The notes under the pieces are model-generated. The model was not told the origin of the DNA. It was given only the letters and a program-made list of their open reading frames with translations, and searched no databases. Source: Antedon mediterranea (taxonomy: Eukaryota > Animalia > Echinodermata). From it: a stretch of DNA of 64,000 bases. The position numbers and the translations under genes were made by a program. Below are positions 14,870-27,311 of this stretch, piece by piece. The stretch is taken from NCBI RefSeq assembly GCF_964355755.1, contig NC_092678.1:4666422-4730421 (forward strand), written 5' to 3'. How positions within the stretch are numbered: position 1 is the first letter of the stretch; each line of letters starts with the position of its first letter.

Positions 14870-15990
14870 TATTGCCAGGAAATGATGTGGTTATATTTTC
14901 TCCCGCACCGGTAACCAATGTAGTTGATGCAAATATGGCGAGGCATGGTCAAACTTCCTACCACCATAGATGATCTTGGCAGCCCAGTTCTAAGCACGTT
15001 AAAGGTGATCAAGATCTGACCCTGGGGATCCGAGTAGTAAGGAGCCCTGGTTACTGCATAGTTTGGTGTCAAGTTTGGTGTTAATGTATCTCTGGATTTG
15101 TGAAATATTCCGGATATGGAATTTCAGGCTACTACAAAGTCAAAGTGTTTGTAAAGTTCCGAACATTGTCCGTTGGCCTAATGGTTTTGCCACACACCTG
15201 CAATATAATAGTTGGCATGTGACATTTGAGATGATGTGCGACAGCTACAAGGAACTCGGTCTCTTCATTTAACTTCAGCATGTTGGTACTCATCCATTGC
15301 TTCACTTCACTAATGCATTGCTTAGCCTCTGTAAACCAGCGTTTATAGATTCAGTATCCTTCGGCTCGAATGGAACGTATAGCTGAATATCATCAGCATA
15401 CATATGGTACTGAATACCATGTCTGTGTAATATCTGCCCAATAGGGATAGTGTAAAGAGTGAAAGCATACTGTACGGGCCCACAATAGAACCTTGAGGGA
15501 CTCCATACTTAAGTGTTTACAGATTTAGACTGACAACCATTGATGTTAACATTTGATGTCCTACCAGACAAATACGGCCGAAACCAATTAAGGACAGTGC
15601 CTTGAAAACCAAAACTATGACTTGGACCCTTAAGTAGGATTGAATGACTAACAGTATCAAAGGCTGCACTAAGATACAACAAGACCAACAATACACCTCT
15701 CCGCTGAGCAATGTTTTGCACGATATCACCCTTAACCTTCAGTAGAGCCGTCTCAGTGCTATGATGTGATCTGTAAGCTGACTGCAAAAGGGCACATGTA
15801 CTTATACAAGTAATTGCTAATGTTGATCATGGCAAACTTCTCAATTACTTTAGAGACAAATAATATATTGGACACTGGTCGATAATTAGATGGCTTATTA
15901 GAATCAATTAAAAGACTTTATGATAGGCTTACTTAATTGATATGGAAATACACCAGAATTCAAAGAAGCATTAACTATCTTGGTGATTTA
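14870..15990 (-). mobile_element. Degenerate L2/CR1-group LINE ORF2 (reverse transcriptase) fragment
   Basis: NYRPVSNI, QSAYRSHHSTETALLKV, LSAAFDTV, WFRPYLSGR, YGVPQGS and YHMYADDIQLY motifs with frameshifts. Confidence 0.85.
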
Positions 15991-16654
15991 GGAACAAGTG
16001 CTGATGGACTCTGTTTTGAGTGATACAGACCATGCAAACTTAATTTGGCAAGTTCACTTAATTTGGCGTTACACCGGCTTTATCATCTATAATCGGTCTT
16101 ACCAATCCTGTTAGACCATTGCTATAAATCAGTCTTCGCTAAAACCGTGTACAGTAACAAATTGAGGGCATACTTTATGCGTACAGTACCAAATAAGGTA
16201 ATGTTCGCTCAAGCTTCCTCAATTCACAATCATAACAGTACGTACATTTCTACACGAGACAATCTATTCTAGGCTTATATTAGAATAAGATTATTATTAT
16301 TTGATTTAACACTTCAAATTTGTTCAGTTGGTCGTCTTTCACGATCAATAATACATATATGGAACAAAAACAGAGGTTTAGGACTGTTTTAAGACGCCAT
16401 CGAGTAGGTTTTAATTTGAAAGACTGATTACAGGTCTACCGCGGTATAGCAATGGTCTATAATAAAGACTACTTGTTACATCACAAATTATAGCCGGCTA
16501 TTAGCGGTAAGATCGTTTATAAACCGCTTAGCAATCCGCCCCAGAATTTTTGAACACCGGTATAGTTTTTTAAAACTTGCCATGTCATGCGACTACTATT
16601 ACTAAACGATTTTAGTTTCATTCGTTCAGGAATAGTAGCTATTTTCTTCCAAGT

Positions 16655-16771
16655 TTTTAGTCGCATGCAAAGCGACTCTACAGCTCACTATGTCGGTCGG
16701 TTGGTCGGCCAGTCGGTTGGTCGGTAAACACTAACTTGAGCACACGACTGCAGTCATGTATATGGCCTTGT
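16655..16771 (+). mobile_element. Helentron-associated non-autonomous element (HINE/DINE-1-like), minimal copy
   Basis: TTTTAGTCGC...GCGACT subterminal inverted repeat, (GTCG/GTTG)n microsatellite, 3' CGACTGCAG..CAT.TATATGGCCTTGT end, T-rich flanks. Same ends as 18781-19427. Confidence 0.7.
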
Positions 16772-18171
16772 TTCTCATATTATTCATTCATTATTTTATT
16801 TAAAGTTATTGCATTCGTGCACGCCACATATAATCATGTCTTTTCCATAATTAATTTCAATTACAATGCTTTCGGTGGTGTCAGTAATTTTATTTAAGTC
16901 ATCCATTAATGTAAAAGATTAAATTTGACATAAAGCGCTACGCTATAATTTGAAATTAAGATGAAATTTTAAAGAAACATACAAATTATTATTCAACACA
17001 TGACCATTATTTAACTTCTGTCCGAACACACTGCTGTTTCAGAACATTCACATAAGTGGATTAGCGTAACCAAATAGCACAGGGCAGGGAACATATTACT
17101 TTCAGAGGCCAAGTAAATTCATAACTTGTTAACGGACAGTGATATGGACATACATATTGCACTAAAATGTCTCCACCTCCCTCCTCTCCGATAACACTAG
17201 GCTACGTTATATTGCTTCCTCAAGCTTTTACATATAGGCAATAGCTAAATGCAGGATTATTCGACCCAGGTGCGACAGGACCCATTACTAGGCCGATGTA
17301 TGTCTGACTAAGAGTAGCTTCTAATTCTGATTTTTTTATATGAAATATTGTGAAGTACATGATGCTAACATTATGTTTTTATTTTGTGGATTTTTAATTG
17401 TTCGTTTTGTGTCATTTCTTTTCAGGGGTGTAGGCCTAGGAAGTACAAACAAGGAGAATGAAGCTGCAATCATATTTACTTTCTTACGCCACCAGAAAGC
17501 ATACATTGTTTTTCATCTTAAAGACAAACGAGCACAAGACTTTCAACTAAGTCGCTGTTCTCCGATCAGAGCTGATGTTAATTTATATGAAATGCATTAT
17601 TTGAAGGTTTGCATGGCGAAATTGATTTTGGTTACGAGGACAATCAAGGCATATTGATCTAAACGTCAAGAAACTCAAAATAACGGACAAATAAACCAAT
17701 ATTAATCAATCACATTTGCGTATATACTGCATTGTACTGTAAAAGATGGTTCCCGTCCATATTGGACGGCCAACAACTAGTGTATGTTTAATAAAAAAAG
17801 TGTAAAATGGCTAAGTTCGACCCTTTTATTTGTCGACATGACTGGATACTAACACAAAATATGTAGCATAAATAAACAAGTAGATGCCAAGTACAAGGGT
17901 TAAAGGTTAAATGTCTAACATTTAACCTTTCCACCTAACCTTGTACTTGGACATCTAAGGAGCCTGCATGTAAGTAGCCTGCATTTAGGTACTGATATCG
18001 TACAAAATTATTATTTTTTTATCTCTTCTGTGGCATTCACCACTATTTTTATTCATATTACCTCATATCTATTGTGCAATATAATCAAGAACAATTTATT
18101 AGATAAAATATTGGTAGAATTGGTTCATTTATATTTCTTTGTAAATAAATTTCTAATATTCTTCTTTCTCA

Positions 18172-18340
18172 TTGAAAGCATCGGCAGGATTAGCATTCAA
18201 AGCATCGGCGGTATTAGCATTGAAAGCATCGGCAGGATTAGCATTCAAAGCATCGGCAGGATTAGCATTCAAAGCATCGGCAGGATTAGCATTCAAAGCA
18301 TCGGCAGGATTAGCATTCAAAGCATCGGTAGGATTAGCGT
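18172..18340. repeat. 24-bp minisatellite (GCATTCAAAGCATCGGCAGGATTA) x7
   Basis: Direct tandem copies. Confidence 0.9.
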
Positions 18341-18659
18341 CCACAGCTTACGCTACAGCGTCTACTGCCATCTTATGTATTGCCATCGTATTTCTCCGGG
18401 TGAACTGTCGAGTACCTCCACATACACATCAGTTGTCACGGTCCCGTTCTCAAGCCTTTGGTTTTCTTGTTTCAATTTCTAAATTCTCTTTTAATTTGGC
18501 GGCTCGACATGGTATTTGCAGATCCGGCCATTGTGGTACACAACAGAGGAAGTTGCGTAGTTGATACTGAAATGAAGTTACACGGACTCGGGTCCGTAGA
18601 TAACCTGTTTATTCAACTCTACATGAGTGGGTGGGTTATTGATGTCACCATCTAACATA

Positions 18660-21300
18660 TCTTAATTATCTTCTTCACTGTTGGTTGTTTGAATTTTGCT
18701 TTGGTTGGTATGAATTGTGATGGATTTCTGGTTATGACTTTACCATCTCCTCTTGTTGCTGTTATCATGAATCCTTTGGTTTTTAGTCGCGTTCAACGCG
18801 ACTCTACAGCTTGCTATGTCGGTCCATAGAGATATCTCTGTGGTCGGTCGGTTGGTTGGTCTGACCTTATCTTGATATCAGTTTAATCTAGCTAAGTCAA
18901 TTTTTAACAGTATATTCCTTATGGCCAAGAATCGATGTGGTTATGTTTTCACGGTGCGCAATAAGAAATTACGCGGTCTACGCACAATTTAACGAAATCA
19001 CATTTGTAATCATATCGTCACAAGCATGAATCACAAATAAAATTTGGTACTAATAAATTTCAGGGCATAAATTATCATATGGTAATACAATTACGTGCGT
19101 AGTGCATGTAACGCATGCGTACGCGTGCTTAAAATTTTTCATTTTCGATGAAATAAGAGTACGTTTCAGGCAATTTTAAGCGTTTACAAAATTGCCATGA
19201 GTGCGCAGATTTTTGCACGCGTACTGCGCTTTAAATGTTAAAACGCACTCTTTTTGCCCGATTTCTGTTTTCTTGACTTACTTTTCAAATCGAAATGACG
19301 TTATACGAGCACGTCAAAAGTGACAGGCTACGCACGTGTAAATTAAATAAATATAAATGTTTTTAAACATTTTTAAAACATGTTCAGCAATTTGAGCACG
19401 CGACTGCAGCCATCTATATGGCCTTGTTAATATTGTGTAAGGTTGGTTCTCATATGGAGTTGTAGACTTGTACATCTCCCATCTGCATGTTTCTAGTAGT
19501 TGTTGTATGTAGGTTTTTGTCTCAATACATTTTCATCTTTTCTTTTGATGTGTCATCTTTATCGCTTATTGATTCTTCTTGTTGGTTTTCTTGTGGATCT
19601 ACAAGTATTTTGCTTGGTAACTTTGTGTTAAATTGTCTACCAAATAGTATTTCTGCTGGAGGTGGTCTTGTACTGGTGTGCTTTGTCGCTCTGTAGTTCA
19701 TCAGAAATATGCACAGTCCTTACTCCCATGGTAGTCCGTCTTCTTTGGCTGATTGCCTTTTTATATGTACGCATAAAACGCTCCGCTTCCCATTGGCTCT
19801 TGGCCATTCAGGTGTTATCTTCCGATGTTTAAATCCCATGTATTGTGAGAACTGTTTGAATTCTTCCCCATTGAATGGTGTACCATTATCACTCCTTATG
19901 ATGTTGGGTATACTGAACATTGATATGATAGTAGCTAGTTTGGGAATTACTGCTTTGAAAGATGTTAATATTTCAATCACTGGATATCTGGTATAATCAT
20001 CTGTTACGACCATGATGTAGTATCCATTTGGGAAATGACCACAAAATTCTTTGCTCAGAACTGTCCACCGTCCATCACTTTGTAATTTGGACTTCTTTAA
20101 CGGCAACTTCTTGTGCATCCTGTACACTCTTTAATCATCTCTTCTACTTGTTTATCTATTCTTGGAAACCATATATTCTCTCTCACTAAGCTCTTGGTTT
20201 TCACTACGCTTTGGTGTCCTCCTTGTGCTATAGAAATTGATTTCTTTTTGTAGCGATTCTGGTATTACTATTCTTGTTCCACAAAGTATGATTTTATTTT
20301 CTGGGCTTAGAGTTAGTTCTTCACGAACTTGATGATAAGCTTTCTTTGTTGATGCATTGATGTTCTCGTTGGTATCTTGAAACCATTTCTCATCTTGTAT
20401 TCGTTTACTGACCCACTGTAGTGTTGGATCAGTTTCTGTTTCTCTTTAGATTTCTTCTTTGGTCGTAGCTTCTCGTTCAGTTTGAGAATATCCTTGTATT
20501 TTCTTCCTTATTTGGAATGTGTTGGTCATTGATTATCATGTTTGAATTAGGTCAAGTTCTCTTGCCATTTTCTAACTCAGTAGACATCCTGTATCGCCTT
20601 TAACAACATATAATTTAGCAACTCCTATCTTCTTGTTGCTTTTAGTGTGTGCTGTGAATGGAATAGTCGCCTGTGTACCATATGGATGGATTTTAGCTGA
20701 GCTTTTCTGGAGCCTCGGTTGATATTTCATTGCCTTGTATGTGGTTTCATCTATTAAATTTACTGAGGCTTCCGTGTCTAGCACTGTCATTAGGTTGATA
20801 TTTCTTCAATCTACATGCAAAGTGATGCCAATTGTTGGTAGACCATCTGTATCATTCATGCCAACTCTATTTTTATTTGTTTCGTTTGTCGACACGCACT
20901 GGAAAAGTGGTTATTCTTTTCACACAATGTTCTTCCAAATGCTGGGCATAAGGTTTTCCCATTTTTATGTGGAATATTGCCTCCACAATTTCTGCATTTT
21001 GTACCAGTCTCCTTCTTGTTTAGTCTAGTGTCACATTTGTGTCTCAGAATGCTTGGCGCTGTAATCTCCCTGACAGGCAACTTTGTATTATTTGGCTTTG
21101 TATTTCATTATTGGTGTCACTAAATTCACACTATTTGGCTAATGCCCTGGTTGCGTATGTGTCAAGTTTTTCACCATGGTTCTGTTTAGCTTCTCTGAAT
21201 CTAAATATTTCATACTGAATGTTTTTCTTTGGTTCAAAGTTCTCACTCAGTTTTTGTTTTACTGTCTGGTAATTGTCATCGTTATCTTTCATAGTGTCAT
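18660..21300 (-). mobile_element. Decayed Ty3/Gypsy element: gag knuckle, protease and integrase; RT/RNase H deleted
   Basis: CRNCGG..H....CPAFG knuckle (~20900-21000), protease VLDTEASVNLI (20572-20790), integrase VVTDDYTRYP / IRSDNGTPFN / TPEWPRANG (19720-20127), C-terminal KGFMITATRG..ITRN. Multiple stops. Confidence 0.85.
18781..19427 (+). mobile_element. HINE/DINE-1-like element nested in the Gypsy integrase
   Basis: Same termini as 16655-16771. Removing it restores an in-frame PYENQPYTILTKGFMITATRG on the minus strand. Inserted at T^T with no TSD. Confidence 0.75.
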
Positions 21301-22049
21301 ACCGTAGATATCATGTACCTGCACTCCAGCATAGTGTAAGAGCAACGACAATTTTCTTTGAAATGCATTGATATTCATGGAGACTAGGCCAGTCTATATA
21401 TTGGCCAGGTCTGTCGAAATAAAACATCAAGTAGCAACTGATGTAGCTTAGAAGAGGTTCGAATCCAACCGGGTACAGTTGTTTAAATTTATATATAAAT
21501 CGAGTCAATTACAATGTATAAAGTATCTTCGAAATTGCGGTGGTCCACCGAAATCCCAAGTGGCTCAGGTAGTTAAGACCTCTGCACTTGGATCTAAACC
21601 TTTGCCCGTTTAGAAGGGGTTCGAATCCAACCAGGTACATTTAAATTTATATATAAATTGAGTCAATTACAATGTATAAAGTACTTATATTATGTTGTTT
21701 GTTTTTAAAAAATAATGTATGATTGAGAGAAATCTTGGTACTCTTTTCACACTAAACTGGTGCTTTATACTTGAACACTTGTAATCAATCAGTTAAAGAA
21801 TTTAGCTTATTTTATTAAATATTGATATCAATAATAATCTTTATTGTCTTTCTTTCTTGGAAGAAGAATGGCCCAAATATCAATCTTTTAAAATTAAATT
21901 GTTATGCAAATGAGGATATATTGTTAACATCATCTAATAACACCAGTGAGTCGACAAATAAACGGTCGAAATTTGACCTTTTTTAAAAAAAAAACCCAAA
22001 TATAAATATAATAATAAATAAAATAAATAATATAAATAAAACCTGATAA

Positions 22050-22811
22050 GAGGTAGCGCACGTCCAATATCAGGTAGCTCACGTCCAATATCAGGTAGCT
22101 CACGTTCAATATCAGGTAGCGCACGTCCAATATCAGGTAGCACACGTCCAATATCAGGTAGCGCACGTCCAATATCAGGTAGCTCACGTCCAATATCAGG
22201 TAGCGCACGTCCAATATTAGGTAACGCACGTCCAATATCAGGTAGCTCACGTCCAATATCAGGTAGCGCACGTCCAATATAGGTAGCGCACGTCCAATAT
22301 CAGGTAGCTCACGTCCAATATCAGGTAGTGCACGTCCAATATCAGGTAGCTCACGTCCAATATCAGGTAGTGCACGTCCAATATCAGGTAGCTCACGTCC
22401 AATATCAGGTAGCGCACGTCCAATATCAGGTAGCTCACGTCCAATATCAGGTAGATAGCTCACGTCCAATATCAGGTAGTGTACGTCCAATATCAGGTAG
22501 CGCACATCCAATATCAGGTAGCTCACGTCCAATATCAGGTAGCTCACGTCCAATATCAGGTAGTGCACGGTCCAATATCAGGTAGCTCACGTCCAATATC
22601 AGGTAGCTCACGTCCAATATCAGGTAGCGCACGTCCAATATTAGGTAACGCACGTCCACCTGATATTGGATGTGTGCTACCTGATATTGGACGTGCGCTA
22701 CCTGATATTGGACGTGCGCTACCTGATATTGGACGTGCACTACCTGATATTGGACGTGAGCTACCTGATATTGGACGTCCGCTACCTGATATTGGACGTG
22801 TGCTACCTGAT
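22050..22811. repeat. 21-bp satellite (CCAATATCAGGTAGCTCACGT) with internal inversion
   Basis: ~29 forward copies to ~22656, then ~7 reverse-complement copies 22657-22811. Confidence 0.95.
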
Positions 22812-22820
22812 GAAGTCAAG

Positions 22821-25800
22821 CGAAATCCCAAGTGGCTCAGGTGGTTAAGACCACTGCACTTGGATCTAAACCTTTGCCAGTTTAGAAGGGGTTCGAATCC
22901 AACCCGGTACATTTAAATTTATATATAAATTGAGTCAATTACAATGTATAAAGTATCTTAGAATTTGCGGCGATCCATCGAAATCCCAAGTGGCTTAGGT
23001 GGTTAAGACCACTGCACTTGGATCTAAACCTTTGCCAGTTTAGAAGGGGTTCGAATCAAACCCGGTACATTTAAATTTATATATAAATTGAGTCAATTAC
23101 AATGTATAAAATATCTTAGAATTTGCGGCGATCCATCGAAATCCAAAGTGGCTCAGGTGGTTAAGACCACTGCACTTGGATCTAAACCTTTGCCCGTTTA
23201 GAAGGGGTTCGAATCCAACCAGGTACATTAAAATTTATATATAAATTGAGTCAATTACAATGTATAAAGTATCTTAGAATTTGCGGCGATCCATCGAAAT
23301 CCAAAGTGGCTCAGGTGGTTAAGACCACTGCACTTGGATCTAAACCTTTGCCCGTTTAGAAGGGGTTCGAATCCAACCCGGTACATTTAAATTTATATAT
23401 AAATTGAGTCAATTACAATGTATAAAGTATCTTAGAATTTGCGGCGATCCATCGAAATCCCAAGTGGCTCAGGTGGTTCCACTGCACTAGGATCTAAACC
23501 TTTTTCCAGTTTAGAAGGGGTTCGAATCCAACCAGGTACATTTAAATTTATATATAAATTGAGTCGGGTAAACCATTGAGTCAATTACCATGTATAAAGT
23601 ATCTTAGAATTTGCGGCGATCCATCGAAATCCCAAGTGGCTCAGGTGGTTAAGGCCACTGCACTTGGATCTAAACCATTGCCGGTTTAGAAAGGGTTCGA
23701 ATCCAACCAGGTACATTTTTATTATATTGAATTGAGTCAATTACAATGTATAAAGTATCTTAGAATTTGCGGCGATCCATCGAAATCCAAAGTGGCTCAG
23801 GTGGTTAAGACCACTGCACTTGGATCTAAACTTTTGCCCGTTTAGAAGGGGTTCGAATCCAACCTGGTACATTTAAATTTATATTTAAATTGAGTCAATT
23901 ACAATGTATAAAGTATCTTAAAATTTGCGGCGATCCATCGAAATCCCAAGTGGCTCAGGTGGTTAAGACCACTGCACTTGGATCTAAACATTTGCCCGTT
24001 TAGAAGGGGTTCGAATCCAACAAGGTACATTTAAATTTATATATAAATTGAGTCAATTACAATGTATAAAGTATCTTAGAATTTGCGGCGATCCATCGAA
24101 ATCCAAAGTGGCTCAGGTGGTTAAGACCACTGCTCTAGGATCTAAACCTTTTCCAGTTTAGAAGGGGTTCGAATCCAACCAGGTACATTTAAATGTATAT
24201 ATAAATTGAGTCAATTACCATGTATAAAGTATCTTAGAATTTTGCGGCGATCCATCGAAATTCCAAGTGGCTCAGTTGGTTAAGGCCACTGCACTTGGAT
24301 CTAAACCATTGCCGGTTTAGAAAGGGTTCGAATCCAACCAGGTACATTTTTATTATATTGAATTGAGTCAATTACAATGTATAAAGTATCTTAGAATTTG
24401 CGGCGATCCATCGAAATCCAAAGTGGCTCAGGTGGTTAAGACCACCGCACTTGGATCTAAACTTTTGCCCGTTTAGAAGGGGTTCGAATCCAACCTGGTA
24501 CATTTAAATTTATATTTAAATTGAGTCAATTACAATGTATAAAGTATCTTAAAATTTGCGGCGATCCATCGAAATCTCAAGTGGCTCAGGTGGTTAAGAC
24601 CACTGCACTTGGATCTAAACCTTTGCCCGTTTAGAAGGGGTTCGAATCCAACCCGGTACATTTAAATTTATATATAAATTGAGTCAATTACAATGTATAA
24701 AGTATCTTAGAAGTTGCGGCGATCCATCGAAATCCAAAGTGGCTCAGGTGGTTAATACCACTGCACTTGGATCTAAACCTTTGCCAGTTTAGAAGGGGTT
24801 CGAATCCAACCCGGTACATTTAAATTTATATATAAATTGAGTCAATTACAATGTATAAAGTATCTTAGAATTTGCGGCGATCCATCGAAATCCCAAGCGG
24901 CTCAGGTGGTTAAGACCACTGCACTTGGATCTAAACCTTTGCCAGTTTAGAAGGGGTTCGAATCCAACCCGGTACATTTAAATTTATATATAAATTGAGT
25001 CAATTACAATGTATAAAGTATCTTAGAATTTGCGGCGATCCATCAAAATCCAAAGTGGCTCAGGTGGTTAAGACCACTGCACTTGAATCTAAACCTTTGT
25101 CAGTTTAGAAAGGGTTCGAATCCAACCCGGTACATTTAAATTTATATATAAATTGAGTCAATTACAATGTATAAAGTATCTTAGAATTTGCGGCGATCCA
25201 TCGAAATCCCAAGTGGCTCAGGTGGTTAAGACCACTGCACTTGGATCTAAACCATTGCCAGTTTAGAAAGGGTTCGAATCCAACCAGGTACATTTTTATT
25301 ATATTGAATTGAGTCAATTACAATGTATAAAGTATCTTAGAATTTGCGGCGATCCATCGAAATCCAAAGTGGCTCAGGTGGTTAAGACCACCGCACTTGG
25401 ATCTAAACTTTTGCCCGTTTAGAAGGGGTTCGAATCCAACCTGGTACATTTAAATTTATATTTAAATTGAGTCAATTACAATGTATAAAGTATCTTAAAA
25501 TTTGCGGCGATCCATCGAAATCCCAAGTGGCTCAGGTGGTTAAGACCACTGCACTTGGATCTAAACCTTTGCCCGTTTAGAAGGGGTTCGAATCCAACCC
25601 GGTACATTTAAATTTATATATAAATTGAGTCAATTACAATGTATAAAGTATCTTAGAAGTTGCGGCGATCCATCGAAATCCAAAGTGGCTCAGGTGGTTA
25701 ATACCACTGCACTTGGATCTAAACCTTTGCCAGTTTAGAAGGGGTTCGAATCCAACCCGGTACATTTAAATTTATATATAAATTGAGTCAATTACAATGT

Positions 25801-26262
25801 ATAAAGTATCTTAGAATTTGCGGCGATCCATCGAAATCCCAAGTGGCTCAGGTGGTTAAGACCACTGCACTTGGATCTAAACCTTTGCCAGTTTAGAAGG
25901 GGTTCGAATCCAACCCGGTACATTTAAATTTATATATAAATTGAGTCAATTACAATGTATAAAGTATCTTAGAATTTGCGGCGATCCATCAAAATCCAAA
26001 GTGGCTCAGGTGGTTAAGACCACTGCACTTGAATCTAAACCTTTGTCAGTTTAGAAAGGGTTCGAATCCAACCCGGTACATTTAAATTTATATATAAATT
26101 GAGTCAATTACAATGTATAAAGTATCTTAGAATTTGCGGCGATCCATCGAAATCCCAAGTGGCTCAGGTGGTTAAGACCACTGCACTTGGATGATCTAAA
26201 CCTTTGCCGGTTTAGAAAGGGTTCGAATCCAACCAGGTACATTTTTATTATATTGAATTGAA
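22821..26262 (+). repeat. 158-bp tandem array of tRNA-derived Pol III promoter units, 22 copies (plus 1.5 outlying copies at ~21450-21690)
   Basis: Each unit has A box TGGCTCAGGTGG, hairpin TCTAAAC-N8-GTTTAGA, B box GGTTCGAATCC and an AT-rich palindromic spacer. Unit starts at 22821, 22979, 23137 ... 26148. Confidence 0.92.
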
Positions 26263-26285
26263 TTCAATTAAAAATATAAAAATAC

Positions 26286-26654
26286 TGGGGGTTGAACCAG
26301 CAACCCTTTAGTCGTTAGACTATGGCACTATCCGTTGTGCCACGCAAGTTAACATATAAACTTTAAAAAAAAAAAATTAAGAACCTTTGTATTAATTAAA
26401 ATGTACAAAATATAAAGTATTTTAGAATCATTAGTTGGTCATCAAATCCTCTAGTAGCTCGTTGGTGAGTACTAGTGTGATTGGATCTGAACATGTGTGC
26501 TTTGGCGAGAGTTCAAATACCACCGAGTTCATTTTTTTTATATAAATTGAATTAAATTTGCAAACAATAAAAGGAGATAGTGTGGCATCACTGGGACTCG
26601 AACCAGTAACCCTCCAATCACTATACTGTAGCACTAACCGCTGCGCTACACACG
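26286..26654 (-). pseudogene. Two minus-strand tRNA-like sequences (26286-26347, 26583-26654) flanking a degenerate plus-strand one (~26445-26530)
   Basis: Minus strand shows TGGCACAACGG...GGTTCAACCCC and TAGCGCAGCGG...GGTTCGAGTCC. Each is followed on the plus strand by the same AACATATAA..(A)n..AAGAACCTT block, period ~305 bp. Confidence 0.6.
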
Positions 26655-26819
26655 TGAACATATAACTTTAAAAAAAAAAAAAATAAGAACCTTCGTCTTT
26701 CGATTGATGCTTATATAAGTTTATGGCGTACAAATTACCTTACACTTTCAGTAAGTTCCTAGGTAGCTCAGAGGGACAGACGTATGGCTGACGTGGTCGG
26801 TGGTTCGAGAGCTGTGCTG

Positions 26820-27110
26820 GACGAGACGGACTTGGAGACGGACTTGGAGAGGGACCTGGAGATGCACTTGGAGATGGTTGGAATTGATTCGGACAGGCAA
26901 TCGGATACGGACAGGGAAACGGATAAGGACAGGCAATCGGATACGGACAGGCATCGAAAACGGACAGGGAAACAGATAAGGACAGGCAATCGGATACGGA
27001 CAGGCATCGGAGACACATCGAAACGGACAGGGAAACGGACAGGGAAACCGGATAGTGGTGGAAGAGAGTGGAAGAGAGTGGAAGAGAGTAGAGGAGAGAT
27101 GGGAGAAGAT
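26820..27110. repeat. Short G/A-rich minisatellites (GGACTTGGAGAC; CGGATACGGACAGG; GGAAGAGAGT)
   Basis: Tandem 10-24 bp units. The ORFs here are repeat artefacts. Confidence 0.8.
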
Positions 27111-27132
27111 GAGGAGAAAATAATTTTATAAA

Positions 27133-27137
<5 letters not shown>

Positions 27138-27175
<38 letters not shown>

Positions 27176-27240
27176 CCATAGCGGGAATCGATCCCGCGAT
27201 CTCTAGATCCATAGGCGGTAGTTTAGCGCGTTAAGCCAAA
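27138..27240 (-). pseudogene. tRNA-derived sequence with long poly(A) tail (SINE or retro-pseudogene-like)
   Basis: Minus strand TGGCTTAACGCG...GGGATCGATTCCCGC followed by ~35 A. Confidence 0.5.
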
Positions 27241-27311
27241 AATCAACCTGAAAGAAAAAAAAAAAATTTTTTAAATGTTAAACCTTCGGTCAAAAATCAG
27301 AAATTTTTAAA

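Noticed and set aside
13579-17606. Candidate exons 13579-13697 and 17426-17606 as BAP1 continuation
   Set aside because: They have plausible splice sites but no UCH-domain similarity, and the first has a stop in the frame continuing from exon 1.
22806-22826. Hammerhead-like CTGATGA...GAAA at the satellite/array junction
   Set aside because: No pairable stem II and no stems I/III. It appears to be a chance junction. The similar CTGATGA on the minus strand near 42131 also lacks the GAAA core.
22821-26262. CRISPR array or functional tRNA gene cluster
   Set aside because: Spacers are identical rather than unique, there are no cas genes, and the context is eukaryotic. Acceptor and T stems do not pair.
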